From Toensbergia leucococca (taxonomy: Eukaryota): a DNA stretch of 32,163 nucleotides. Both the position numbers and the translations under genes were made by a program. Positions 20,059-30,191 of the stretch are shown piece after piece. Location: assembly GCA_022813965.1 (NCBI GenBank), contig JALDZS010000240.1, forward strand, positions 1-32,163, in the 5' to 3' direction. Each line of letters opens with the position of its first letter. Position 1 is the first letter of the stretch. The notes under the pieces were generated by a model. It was not told the origin of the DNA, did no database searches, and saw only the letters and a program-made list of their open reading frames with translations.

Positions 20059-21464
20059 TTAGCTGTGATGCAGTCGGAGGTAGAGGATCACTTGCTCTTG
20101 GGAACAGGGTTCATCCTTCTTCAGGCGGAACGCCGCCTTCCGTCTGACACCCTCCTGCACACTCTCCATCTCACCTCGCACTTGCCTTTCCTGGTCCTTG
20201 AGCAGCTTAGAGGCTGTGTAGAGACTATGTTAAGCCAGTACGGAATTCAGAGAGTGTAGCTTAAGCTGCAATCTCTGATTTCCCGATGCATCGGAATCCG
20301 GGAAGTCTGGAACGGGCCCCAACAACTCGTCTATATAATTGGCAAACTTAGCTCTCTTGACCGCAGGATTTTCAGACGCCGCTCCGTAGCAGGTCGCTTG
20401 ACTCCTCCGGGTTTCAGTTCAGAGTGGCGCCGAAAAGAGGTGAGATCATAGGAGACATTCATTGGAGGGGGACCGTCTGACTCAACGGGTCAATACCTTA
20501 CTTTCCCATCTTGATTTCGGTCCGCAATACTGCTCTCAACGGCCGGCCGGGCGGTGAAGGTGTCCTCTCAAGGATCTTGAGAGGGATTTGCGCTACCAAA
20601 ACACCTTCATCACTCTTTCGGATGTGTGTAAGCAGTTCTCGCCACTTACCAGCTAAAGGCTTCTCTTCATCTGAGAGGACGTCTTCGAACGTTTTAGCAA
20701 CATGTTCAAGATACTTCGCCAGTCCGGCGAAGTCCTCTTTCATGTATAGGTCGAAGGCTCCACCGTGAGAGATGAAGTTCAGCCTATCATATGTTCTTAT
20801 CGCAAACAGGGCTATGTAAATGTCCAAGTTTGCAAAGCCGTGATCAACAAAGTTTTTGTACACGACGCTCGATAGCTTCCTTATGGACGCTATGAGGGTA
20901 CGTGCCAGTCCGCCCCTGGTCTTGCCAGTCCGCGAGCTCCTTGTCAAACTTGTCCAGGGCTTCCACCATCAAGGTCCATAGTTGCGAAAAAATTGACGAG
21001 AAGTACCCATCTCTCAAGGCGTCGCACAAAGCCCCTGCATGACCACCTAAGTGCGCATGGAACCGGAAGAGTCTGTTATCGTCGGTCCGCTTCGAGAGGT
21101 CCCGTCGAGCCATGTTGAGATCCACGGTGGTCTCCCGAATATATCAGTTCATATAGTGAATAGCATTTACCTTTTGGGTCAATATGTCGGGATTCTCATT
21201 TGATCCTGACATGGCATCGGCGGCAATCGGCGGCCATACTGGCAACCAGGCGGTACATGTCTTGGGCACTCGGTGGCGAATCTTGGTCTCCAATGCAGGC
21301 TGTGTAGCGTGAATGACCAGCTTGCATTCCTTCGTCGTCAAGATTCCTCGTCCGTTGCTGCTCAAGACTACCGCGAGGCTGGTCGGACGTTTAAGAGGGT
21401 CGATAATTGTCAGGCATCTTCCGGCTGTGTAAGTGAACGAGTGAATGCTGATAACGTTGGCCAT
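20059..21464 (-). pseudogene. Disrupted gene of unknown family
   Basis: ORFs 21464-21144 and 21125-20844 share a frame, separated by one TGA. A frameshift near 20865 joins the frame ..ALFAIRTYDRLNFISHGGAFDLY..AGLAKYLE..DVLSDEEKPL... Protein-like sequence continues past TAA 20498 with further stops and a shift down to about 20059. Confidence 0.55.
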
Positions 21465-22430
21465 ATGGAATCTATATTTTCATCGGTTGTGTGAAGTTTA
21501 GGTAGAGTACTGAGAGTACTAAGGATTGTTAAAGTGGCTGGGAAGAGGAGAAGAGAAAGAAAATGGCTGCGTGGTAAGACCAAAGCAGAAGAACACAGTC
21601 ATTCTTTGGGTGCTCTTGGCAATTGTCTGATGAGCTGTTCCATTTCTAATAATATCACGGATGCTCCTTCCAATTATGAGCATAACAACAACTTCTTTAG
21701 CTTAAGAACATTTGGTGTAGATAGTAAGGGTTCATCATAGCTCCCGTATCATATTCTGCATTAGTTTCATGTAGCCGTGGGCGAGACTGGCATTCAATTC
21801 ATACAAGGTTCCACAATGTTGTAGTGGTTTTGTCTGCTCTCGATCTCAGCTGCAAAGAGTTTAAACGCTAGTCCAGATCTGGCAAACTCGGAATGAGCCT
21901 CTGCTTATCTAGGCTTAGCACTGTAGCTTAAACAGTCGTCCTCACTCTCTCCTCTCATGAATTCTACTGATCATCTTCATTCTTCTCTTCACCTCTCAGT
22001 TGGTCTCCTTGTTCTTCTCCTTCACTGCCGTGATATCTCATCATTGTTCATCTCTTTCCTCCAGTGTTTCTGCGTACGTCATTGCCTCGGTGTGGACGTA
22101 TCTAGCCTGTGCCTTTATCAAACTACCTCAGCTGAACTTAATTCCGAAGACACTTTCTTTATTTCACATGACTCGAATCCAATAGTCTCAAAGTAATTAT
22201 AGCTGTCACTCATTACGGAGTACTCCTTCTTTACTTCACAATTGACCCATCGAAGTGACTCGAAAATCATATCTCTTCCTGCTTCCTACCTTCAACTAAA
22301 GGCACTCTTACCACTAGCATAAAGCACAAAAAATACTGCCACTTTATAATCTCTCATCTCCCTTCGTCATTGAGTCTGCTGATAGCAACCAATTATATTC
22401 TTCTCAGTATCCGCAGAGCAAATTTGTACC

Positions 22431-23525
22431 ATGAAGCTTCCTGAATTTGAATCATGCCGAGGGCAGCCTCTCATTCCCACGATGCTTCAACCAAGCAATA
22501 TGAAAGCCATACAATCTCCATTACTTCGACTACCACTTGAGCTGAGAAGGATCATCTACTGGCAGAGTATCGTTGTTTCTCGATCTCCAACTCCTCAAGT
22601 GGTACACGAAAGCAATCTCTGCGCTCACTGGGAAGACCTTCCATCGCCTCTTCTCCGCGTCAACAGGCAAGTCCGGGATGAGGTATTCGACATACTCCAG
22701 AAACGCCCCTTTACCATGAGAGTGACATCTTACGGCGCGACTTTTGACATGCTCGGTCTATCGTGTTTCATCGCCCAGAAACAGCCTAAGACTTGCGAAA
22801 ACTTACCTTTCCTTTGGATCGAAATCTGGCCTCCACACCCCGATCGCCCAATAGATATGTATCGCATCTGGGACCATATACGAAAGCTTCGGGATAAGCT
22901 GCGCCACCCACGAATTCAGAAGCTTATGATCTGGTTCGTAGAGAGCAAGCTTGCAAAATGGTCTCAAGACGGCGAGCCACGATATGTCCTGGACAGAATT
23001 AATCTCCGTGATGATATGCGCCTAATTCTTGACCACTTCATCTGTATCAAGCCTGTGACGAAAGCCCGTATGCGTCTACCCCCGTCTTTGAATCGCAATG
23101 ACGAAGTGAAACAGTATGCTTCCTGTGTCATCGAAGGTACCCTAGTCAAGTCCGGGTTGTTTACTGTTGGGATGGATCCTCTTCTTTCAAAGACAACAGA
23201 ACGGGACCTCAAAAAAGCCACTGCCTTGATCGCGAGGGCCAAGCTCGATGCCATCACCTGCAACGGCGAACACAAAATGTCCTATGCCGATTACCTTGAA
23301 TTCACCAAGGTTTGGCCCCATTTCGAGCACCTACGCCATCATGATGAGGGCGGCAGATACAAGGGCAAACAGCACTATGTGGAGGAACCGGCGGACATTG
23401 GGCGCAGCTTCGAGGACGGCTCAGATAATAGATACATTTCGTTGCGATCTGCCTCCAGGCCACAGTCTCCCACTTCCATCCCCCGTTTCAATAAAAATGA
23501 ATCGCAGAATATTTCTAGGCCCTAA
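22431..23525 (+). CDS. Hypothetical protein with N-terminal F-box-like motif (up to 364 aa; the start may be a downstream ATG)
   Basis: SPLLRLPLELRRIIY followed by LLRVNRQVRDE, the motif pair typical of fungal F-box-like orphan families. Intronless open frame. Confidence 0.75.
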   Translation: MKLPEFESCRGQPLIPTMLQPSNMKAIQSPLLRLPLELRRIIYWQSIVVSRSPTPQVVHESNLCAHWEDLPSPLLRVNRQVRDEVFDILQKRPFTMRVTSYGATFDMLGLSCFIAQKQPKTCENLPFLWIEIWPPHPDRPIDMYRIWDHIRKLRDKLRHPRIQKLMIWFVESKLAKWSQDGEPRYVLDRINLRDDMRLILDHFICIKPVTKARMRLPPSLNRNDEVKQYASCVIEGTLVKSGLFTVGMDPLLSKTTERDLKKATALIARAKLDAITCNGEHKMSYADYLEFTKVWPHFEHLRHHDEGGRYKGKQHYVEEPADIGRSFEDGSDNRYISLRSASRPQSPTSIPRFNKNESQNISRP

Positions 23526-23865
23526 ACATAGTCTCAACCCTTACTAGGTGACTCGTCCTTCCAGGAAACTGCTGCTTGTGCGCCTACGGATTTTATTTAA
23601 GAACCGCCAAGACTAAAGCGTTGAGCCTTGATGAAGGGAAATACTAGCCTGAATGCAAAGAATGTCGGCTGGAAGCGTCAAGTCTGAATAAAATGAATGT
23701 GTTGCTCCATTACAATAGGGTACTAATATACTTACACCTCATTTCGATATCCAAACACCCCCTTCCCCTGACAACACCGATTGATCTCACAACACAACTG
23801 GACTCGATTCCCCACCACCTTCTCATGACATCCACCTCATGGAGATATTCGGGTACGTTTCAAAA

Positions 23866-24344
23866 GTCGAGAAGCCGCAAAGTCCAACCGGTCTTTCAAA
23901 TGGCTACTCACCATCGCCTTATTGCAGCATCAATTACAGTCTCAAAAGAATACAACCTAACCTATCGTGAGGCAGTGTATCAAGCTTTGAAGGAATCCAG
24001 GCCGATCAGCAACTAGGTAGTCGCTTTACCTCAGATATCGGGTGACTTCTATACAACAACGTCAGTGGCATCTGTCAGTAGCATTATACTTCATCGCTTA
24101 GACTATCGTGCCACCGTACTCGTCCTTCATATTGGAAGAGCGTGGACGTCGCATGTCCTACCTGGTCTCTTTGGTGTGCTTCGAGCTTTTCTCAAATCTT
24201 ACTATGCCTACATGTTCAATCGCGATACTTGTCATCACTTGTATCCTTGCAGTGTTCTGTGATTGGGCTGTCACCGTCACTGGCGCAGCAGTCATCCCAG
24301 ATATCTTGGACATGAAAGGAAGGAGCTACGCGATGAGCATGTAA
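23866..24344 (+). pseudogene. Second fossil MFS transporter fragment (DHA1; Dtr1/Qdr-like), approx. TM1-TM5
   Basis: Across frameshifts and a relic intron (about 23968-24016) it reads KWLLTIA..IAAS../ALPQISGDFYTTTSV..VALYFIA*TIVPPYSSFILEERGRRMSYLVSL..SIAILVITCILA..VTGAAVIPDILDMKGRSYAMSM. This matches the pattern ALP.I..D, SE..GRR..Y, GAG.IAD......RG.AM. Confidence 0.7.
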
Positions 24345-25621
24345 TACCCGCGCTCTCCACAGCCCTAAGAATTTGAGTAGATTTTGTAGCAACACGGGTT
24401 GAACGACAATTGATCCTCCGGTGAGGAGTAGAGGTATAAATCGTTAGGAGGCTTCGAGTAGCTTAGGGTGAGCAATCGCGAGATAGGTAAGGTACGTTGG
24501 TATAGTAAAAATTAGAATACAAGTAATATACGGGGCCGCTTAAGATGCTGATGAATTGGGAAAAGGTCGAATTAGATCGTCTCTAAAATCAGAGAATTAC
24601 TGAGTTTCCAACTGAAAGTATGCGAAGACACATTGAAATAGATTGGCCCACAGAAAGTAGAAATGCTGAATTAAAGAACACTTGAAAAGCCATTGAGTTG
24701 AGGATTCGATATGCTTTTTGTTTTTCATTTGGTACAAGACTTCATCATGCTTAGTTGAGTAAATATCTGCACTCTTGACCTAGGCATTGACGATTTATAG
24801 GAGCTCTGCAGCGCACTTAGCAAATTCACGAGATTCCATATGCGATTGTGCAAGCCAAAGAGATCGAGACACTGAATGGAAAGCAGCAGCTGAATTGATC
24901 ATGTCGACGTTTATTTCTGGAACGGGAGGTCCTTGTCTCATGCTGCCTCATTCAAATCTTGAGCATGAGCAAGAATTTGGAAAAGCTGAGATGCCGACCT
25001 ACCTTACTTGAGGTGCCTCAGATGAACATGTCTCTTCTCTGCGTGTGTATTTCGGGCCTCAGATTAGTGCTCAAGGTGTTGAGTTGAACAAGTTCATTTG
25101 TAGGATGTTGAAAGCGCATCAATTGATATAGGCTATTAAAGACTGATCCTAATAACATCTGATGATGGTACGTGTTGCTGGATTGAGATTGGGTAAGTTC
25201 CAAGTTCTCTGATAGAAGATCTAAAGAAGTCAGCCAATACTGAGAAGGTCGTGAAGGACCCATGGCTTTGAAATTCGAACGCTGAAGAAAGATAGCTTCC
25301 TCTGCGGATACGAGTTGATTGTCGTCGAGGGAGTAGTAACGGTTATTAATAGAAGATCTAATCATGGTCAATTGCGGCGCTGAAGCTTGGACAATTTGTG
25401 TCTTGGCAAGAATTTCCGAGGACACGAATCTCAGATTTAAACGGTTCGAGGCTTGGAGAATTCAAACACCACATAGAATAGAATACCATCTATCTCCACC
25501 TAATGTTCTTTTGATGCTATGTAAGTACCTATACCTGTTGAGACAACCATCTACTCACCAGTACTTAGCCCACTTTCTCTAACCATTGGCGTTTCAGCTT
25601 CGGTCCTTACCTTTTCTCATT

Positions 25622-28144
25622 ATGTCGTCCTCTGCCTCAGTCCGCCATCGAGGTAGTCAGAATCCCAAAAAAGCTCAAGCTCCTCCCCCACCTCCGCCAG
25701 CCCGAGATACAGACCTCAACGGTTCCATCAAGGACAATAAGCAGCATTCGGCTATCACCTCGGAATGGGACTTCAAGGCTGCCCTGGCTGTCATCACCGC
25801 CTTGGCCTTTTTAACTCGATTCTGGGGCATCGGGCATCCTAATGAAGTTGTCTTTGACGAAGTGCACTTTGGAAAGGTGAGTCCTTCGAGAACGCGTGTT
25901 GGTGGGTGTCGATTGTTCTGTGGAGACCACCAGAGATCTTTTGGCTATTAAGGGAGCTTCTCAGCTAATGCTTATTGAAGTTCGCGTCCTACTACCTCCA
26001 AAGAACCTATTTCTTCGATGTGCATCCTCCCTTTGGGAAACTCCTCTTTGCCCTCATGGGTTGGTTCGTTGGATATGATGGGCACTTCCTATTCGATAAC
26101 ATTGGAGACTCCTACATCGATAACAAAGTGCCCTATGTGGCTTTTCGAGCAATGCCGGCGCTTCTCGGTAGCTTGACAGTCCCGACAGTGTTTTTGATCA
26201 TGTGGGAATCGGGTTACTCATTACCTGCTGCCATTATATCTGCTGGCCTCGTCCTGTTCGATAATGCCCATATTGGGCAAACGCGACTTATACTGCTTGA
26301 TGCAACTCTCGTCTTCGCCATGTCTGTCAGTGTGCTATGTTATGTGCGATTTTATAAACTGCGTCACGAAGCATTCGGTCGAAAATGGTGGAAGTGGCTC
26401 CTGCTTACAGGTGTCTCTCTGAGCTGTGTTATCTCTACAAAATACGTTGGGGTTTTCACATTTCTGACAATCGGATCTGCAGTAGCCATCGATCTCTGGG
26501 GCCTGCTCGATGTTAACAGACGGCAAGGGACTTTAAGTCTTCCCGATTTTGGAAAACACTTTGCCGCCCGTGTCTTTGGTTTGATTCTCGTTCCTTTTTT
26601 CTTTTATCTTTTTTGGTTTCAAATCCACTTTGCCATCCTCACGAGATCGGGACCGGGCGATGACTTCATGTCACCTGAATTTCAAGAGACTTTAAGTGAT
26701 AACATAATGACCATGCAATCTGTTGGCATCGACTATTATGATTCGATATCTATCAGACATAAGGAGACGAAAACCTATCTACACAGTCATCCAGATAAGT
26801 ATCCTTTGAGATATGACGATGGGAGGGTATCGAGCCAGGGACAACAGGTCACAGGATATCCTTTCAATGATACCAACAATCATTGGCAGATTCTTCCCGC
26901 GAACCCATTTGCTGAGAATGATTACTTGGGCCACCACGTCAAAAATGGAGACCTCATTAAGCTTCGACATCTTGTAACAAATACGATTCTCCTCTCGCAT
27001 GATGTTGCCTCACCTTATTACCCTACTAATCAGGAATTCACGGCCGTATCGATAGACGAAGCAAATGGGGAGAGATTTAATGACACTTTGTTCGAGCTCA
27101 AAATCGATAACGGCAAGGATAAACAGGAGTTCAAGACCATGTCCGGTCAATTCAAGCTAATCCATTTTCCTACAAAAGTCGCCATGTGGACGCATACTAC
27201 GCCTTTACCCGATTGGGCTTACAAACAGGCCGAGATCAACGGTAACAAGAACATCCAGCAATCTAGCAATGTCTGGTATGTGGACGAAATTCCCTCTTTG
27301 CCAGTGAATAGTGAGCGTTTGAAGAAGGAGCCGAGAAAAGTCAAGCATGTGTCGTTCCTGAAGAAATATTTTGAGCTGCAAAGAGCCATGTTTTTCCACA
27401 ACAACGCTTTAACAAGCAGTCATCCTTACGCCAGTCAGCCGATCCATTGGCCGTTCCTGCTCCGAGGCGTCAGCTTCTGGACACAAAATGACACTAGGCA
27501 ACAAATTTATTTCTTAGGAAATCCCGTTGGTTGGTGGCTCACAAGTAGTATACTCGCTGTATTCGCCGGAATCATCGGTGCAGACCAACTTTCGCAAAGG
27601 AGAGGCATAGACGCTCTCGACGAACGTAAGTGATCTCGAATTTCCAAGCCAGGCCTCTCTTTGACACGACTCTAATCCAATGTGGGGCTCAGGAACGCGC
27701 TCCCGTCTCTATAACTCCACTGGCTTCTTCTTCCTCTGCTGGGCAGCCCACTACCTCCCCTTTTACCTCATGGGCCGCCAACTCTTCCTCCACCACTACC
27801 TCCCCGCGCACCTCGCCTCTGCCCTGGTCACCGGCGCCCTCCTAGAGTTCGTCTTCAATCTCGACCCCATGGATCTCGAGGAGCCCAGTTACGCCCCCGT
27901 CGCCGACAGTAAAAGTGGGAAGAAGAAAGGGAGGGTCACAGCGAATCGGCGGAGTTTGCATGCTTCCGAGAGGATGGGCCAGCAGAGTATGCTGGCGTTG
28001 TGGGCTGCGGCTGGTGTGGTCTTGGCGGTGGTGGTGGGGGGTTGGTGGTTCTTTTTGCCGTTGACATATGGGAAGCCAGGGTTATCGGTTGAGCAGGTTG
28101 TGGCGAGGAAGTGGTTGGGGTATGATTTGCATTTTGCGAAATGA
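25622..28144 (+). CDS. PMT4: Dolichyl-phosphate-mannose:protein O-mannosyltransferase, PMT4 subfamily (~783 aa; exons 25622-25876, 25981-27625, 27693-28144)
   Basis: VVFDEVHFGK|FASYYL, FFDVHPPFGK, RLILLD, SGPGDDFMS, MIR domains (YLHSH, SSQGQQVTGY), HPYASQP, IYFLGNP, RQLFLHHYLP and C-terminal DLHFAK. Two GT-AG introns; 2352 nt in frame. Confidence 0.96.
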
Positions 28145-28961
28145 AATGTTTTTTTATTTTTTATGCTTTTTTCCCTTTTTTTTTTGGCGAGGGGGGTTTG
28201 GGTTCAGTGGGTTCTGTAGGTTGTAGGCTCTCTCTTCTTAGCGGTGCTTTTTTTTTGGGTGTGTGGGGGGGGTGGCGGAGGGGAATTGATGTGGATGAGT
28301 GGAGGTGTGTGTATGATATTACTCCCTCTTAATTTTTTTAAAAAAAAGGAGGATTGAAATGAGGATGTTCTTTTATCTTCTCCCGCTACTGATGCTGGAG
28401 TCAGGCAGGCAAGTGAACATTCTAGTCAGTGACGATGATGATTCATCCTCTCCCTTGGATCTGCTATGTGAAAGCACCCCCCCAAAAAAAGGCGAGTGTG
28501 AGGGAAGAGTGGAACCCGAGAGATGGCAAAGATCTTTTCTCCTCTCTCTCTCTCTTATTCTTATCCTCATTACTTTCTCTCACACTACACTACACACACT
28601 GCACACATTGTTCTGGGTTTTTTGTTCTGATTAGCATCGATTCATGAAATTTGTGATTATTATTAGCATTGAGTTGAACAAGGGTGAAGAAAGAATAAGT
28701 GTCCCCACTCTTGAGATTCCAAGGGGGGAGGAAGAGGGGGTGAGAGAATCCATCTAAGTTTCTACAAAGACTTGAAACAAAAAAAATGAGAGAAGAAAGA
28801 GAGAGAGAGAGGGTGGTTTTTTTTTTTTTTTTTGGAGGGGGGGGAATTTTCTTTGTACGTGTTTCTGAGTCGCTGGGAGTGAATTGATGGAAATCGTTCT
28901 CTGCTTTTTCTTTTTTCTTTTTTTCGTGGTTTGATTGGGGTGGAGTGAGGTTGAAGAAAGG

Positions 28962-28997
28962 GGAGGAGGAGGAGGAGGAGGAGGAGGAGGAGGAGGA
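28962..28997. repeat. (GGA)12 microsatellite in the homopolymer-rich spacer between convergent PMT4 and ATP21
   Basis: Perfect trinucleotide run. The 28145-29299 spacer also has long T, G and GA tracts. Confidence 0.9.
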
Positions 28998-29299
28998 GGG
29001 AGGGTAGGTGAGTGTTTTTTGAGTGAGGGTGTTTTGGAGTAAGCAGATGGGTGAATCGGGGCGATCGGCAATTGGGAGATTTGGTAAAGTGTTGGCTCCG
29101 GACTGCGGAACCCAAGCACCAGAAAGAAGGGAAAATATATACAAAATGCCCCAGAACCCCAACCTTTCCATCCCATCTCCCTTAGCTTTTCGGAAAAGGG
29201 GGGAGACTACTCGATTGATTGTTTTCTGGCGATGGAGAGAGAGAAAGATGTATCTGCCCGTCTGTTGCTTGTCTCACGTGTCCAGGATATCCCGCAATC

Positions 29300-29863
29300 C
29301 TACTTGGGGCCCTCGGCCATCTTCATCGTCAACCAAGCCTCCAGATCGAATTTCGAGTCGTTGGGGTCGCTAATCACTATTCCCCATTCCGCACACCATC
29401 GAGATTAGCCAAAGTCCCCAATTCCATAGAAACCCCTCCCATGCCACCTCCCCTAACCCAATACATCTACCAGTACCCAGGTACCCCCCCCCCTTTTCCA
29501 AAAAAAAGGAAAAACAAATCTCACCTCCTCCCCCCTCCGTCTTCTTCTCCTCCGGCAACGTCTTGCGCACATACTCCGCCTTGGCCTTCCGAATCAGCGA
29601 TTCCTGACGCGCGTAATCGCGGTCTAGGGAGGCGAGTTTTTGCTGGGCGAGGAGGGAGGATTGGTGCGTTAGGCCGTAGGCGGCGCCGAGGAGGAGGGCG
29701 GTGTAGCGGAGGACCTTTTTTGCGCGGGATGAGTTTGGAGGGGCGGGTGGGAGGAGGGGGAGGGGGGGAAGAAGAAGAAGGGGAGATGTGGGAGGTGGAG
29801 AAAAGAGGGCGGTGAGGGAGGGAAGTGATGGGAAGAACGCACATTTACGCCCGAGGCGGACAT
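29300..29863 (-). CDS. TIM11: Mitochondrial F1Fo ATP synthase subunit e (95 aa; exons 29863-29843, 29714-29525, 29376-29300)
   Basis: Spliced product MSASGVN|VLRYTALLLGAAYGLTHQ...QESLIRKAKAEY...GGG|VISDPNDSKFDLEAWL..* has the VNVLRY/GxxxG N-terminus and DP.D..FDLE C-terminus of subunit e (ATP21/TIM11). Two GT-AG introns. Confidence 0.92.
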
Positions 29864-30191
29864 TGTTCCGGTGATTTAAGGAATTGATTCTAGAGGGCCT
29901 GTCGCGATATGGGGAATTGTGGCAAGGAGTGTGGGTGGGTGGTGATGGGGTTGTCAATTGAGAGCTGCAGTGCTCGTCGGTTGGTTGGGTGGTAGAATAG
30001 CTTGAAGATGGATTTAAGGTACTCCGTACGGAGACGTGGTCCAAAAGTAATCGGACACGCTAAAACCTAGCGTCTACAGGGATTCTCAGCCCTAACATCC
30101 ATTCTATCCATTGAATTGATGGATTCCCCATCGGAACGCATACAAATCATAGTATCATAAGGTGGGATACTCTATATAGTATATATGATGA

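Noticed and set aside
28359..29373. Several 90-190 aa ORFs between PMT4 and TIM11
   Set aside because: They arise from homopolymer and microsatellite sequence (poly-S/P/L/K), overlap in all frames and show no recognisable domain or consistent splice model.
29219..30044. 198-aa (+) and 224-aa (-) ORFs
   Set aside because: The minus ORF is TIM11 exon 2 read through introns and leader. The plus ORF is its low-complexity antisense.
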